Assembly: GCF_006345805.1 (NCBI RefSeq)
Contig: NW_021828755.1
Coordinates: 1 to 7,785 of the forward strand
Direction of reading: 5' to 3'
DNA from: Octopus sinensis
Lineage: Eukaryota
Length of the DNA stretch: 7,785 nt
The translations under genes were made by a program, and so were the position numbers. Shown piece after piece: positions 7,425 through 7,785 of the stretch; the first letter of the stretch is position 1, and each line of letters begins with the position of its first letter. The notes under the pieces are model-generated. The model was not told the origin of the DNA, searched no databases, and was given only the letters and a program-made list of their open reading frames with translations.

Positions 7425-7785
7425 TGTAGCTGCGTGGTAAGAAGCTTGCTTCCCAACCACATGGTTCCGGGTTCACTTCCACTTACATGACATCCTGGGC
7501 AAGTGTCTTCTACTGTAGTTTCGGGCGGACCAGAGTTTTGTGAGTGGATTTGGTAGAAGGAAACTGAAAAAACCCCCCGTCGTATGTGTGTTTTTGTGTT
7601 TGTGACTGTGTTCCCCACCACCGTTTGACAACCGGTGTTGGTTTGTTTACGTCCCTGTAGCCTAAAGGTTCGGCAAAAAAAACCGATAGAATAAGTACCC
7701 AGGTTTTAAAAAAATAAAACAACCAGGATCTATTCATTCAACCAAAACTCTTCAAAGTGATGTCCCAGCATGGCCGCAGTCTAGT
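7425..7785 (+). mobile_element. F1 SINE, best-preserved copy (tRNA-like head, CORE-like segment, short TG linker, 3' half); runs off the window
   Basis: A-box-like tagctgcgtggtaag (~7427-7441), B-box-like ggttcacttcc (7470-7480), CORE-like cctgggcaagtgtc (~7493-7508), a TG-rich linker at ~7584-7608, then the 3' half. Confidence 0.85.

Noticed and set aside
7425-7490. Possible tRNA gene (A-box and B-box-like motifs); likewise 3216-3285
   Set aside because: I could not build a cloverleaf, and the sequence continues into a SINE body. These are tRNA-derived SINE heads.
7376-7737. ORFs 7376-7621 and 7510-7737, and similarly 122-340, 1165-1362, 3283-3474 and 4513-4806
   Set aside because: They fall within SINE copies; the similar peptides (e.g. 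VFILSVTFAEPL and VLILSVFFAEPL) simply reflect the same repeat.

Overview
This is AT-rich, repeat-dense eukaryotic non-coding DNA (intron or intergenic). The repeats look like those of an octopus (coleoid cephalopod) genome; that assignment is pattern recognition and was not checked against a database. I can support no intact protein-coding gene, RNA gene or CRISPR array, and the ORFs in the supplied track arise mostly from microsatellites and SINEs. The window holds about ten copies or fragments of three tRNA-headed SINE-like families (my working labels F1, F2, F3), many TA/TG/AG microsatellites, a decayed RTE-clade LINE fragment (5481-5776) and a probable retroelement 3' end with a (TATC)n tail on the minus strand. 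The most unusual structure is a ~415 bp chimera at 4570-4984. It fuses two pieces that lie ~2 kb downstream in the opposite order (7207 joined to 6199), which is the junction expected from a ~1 kb DNA circle or a template switch. I found no convincing new biological system; the findings concern genome architecture.
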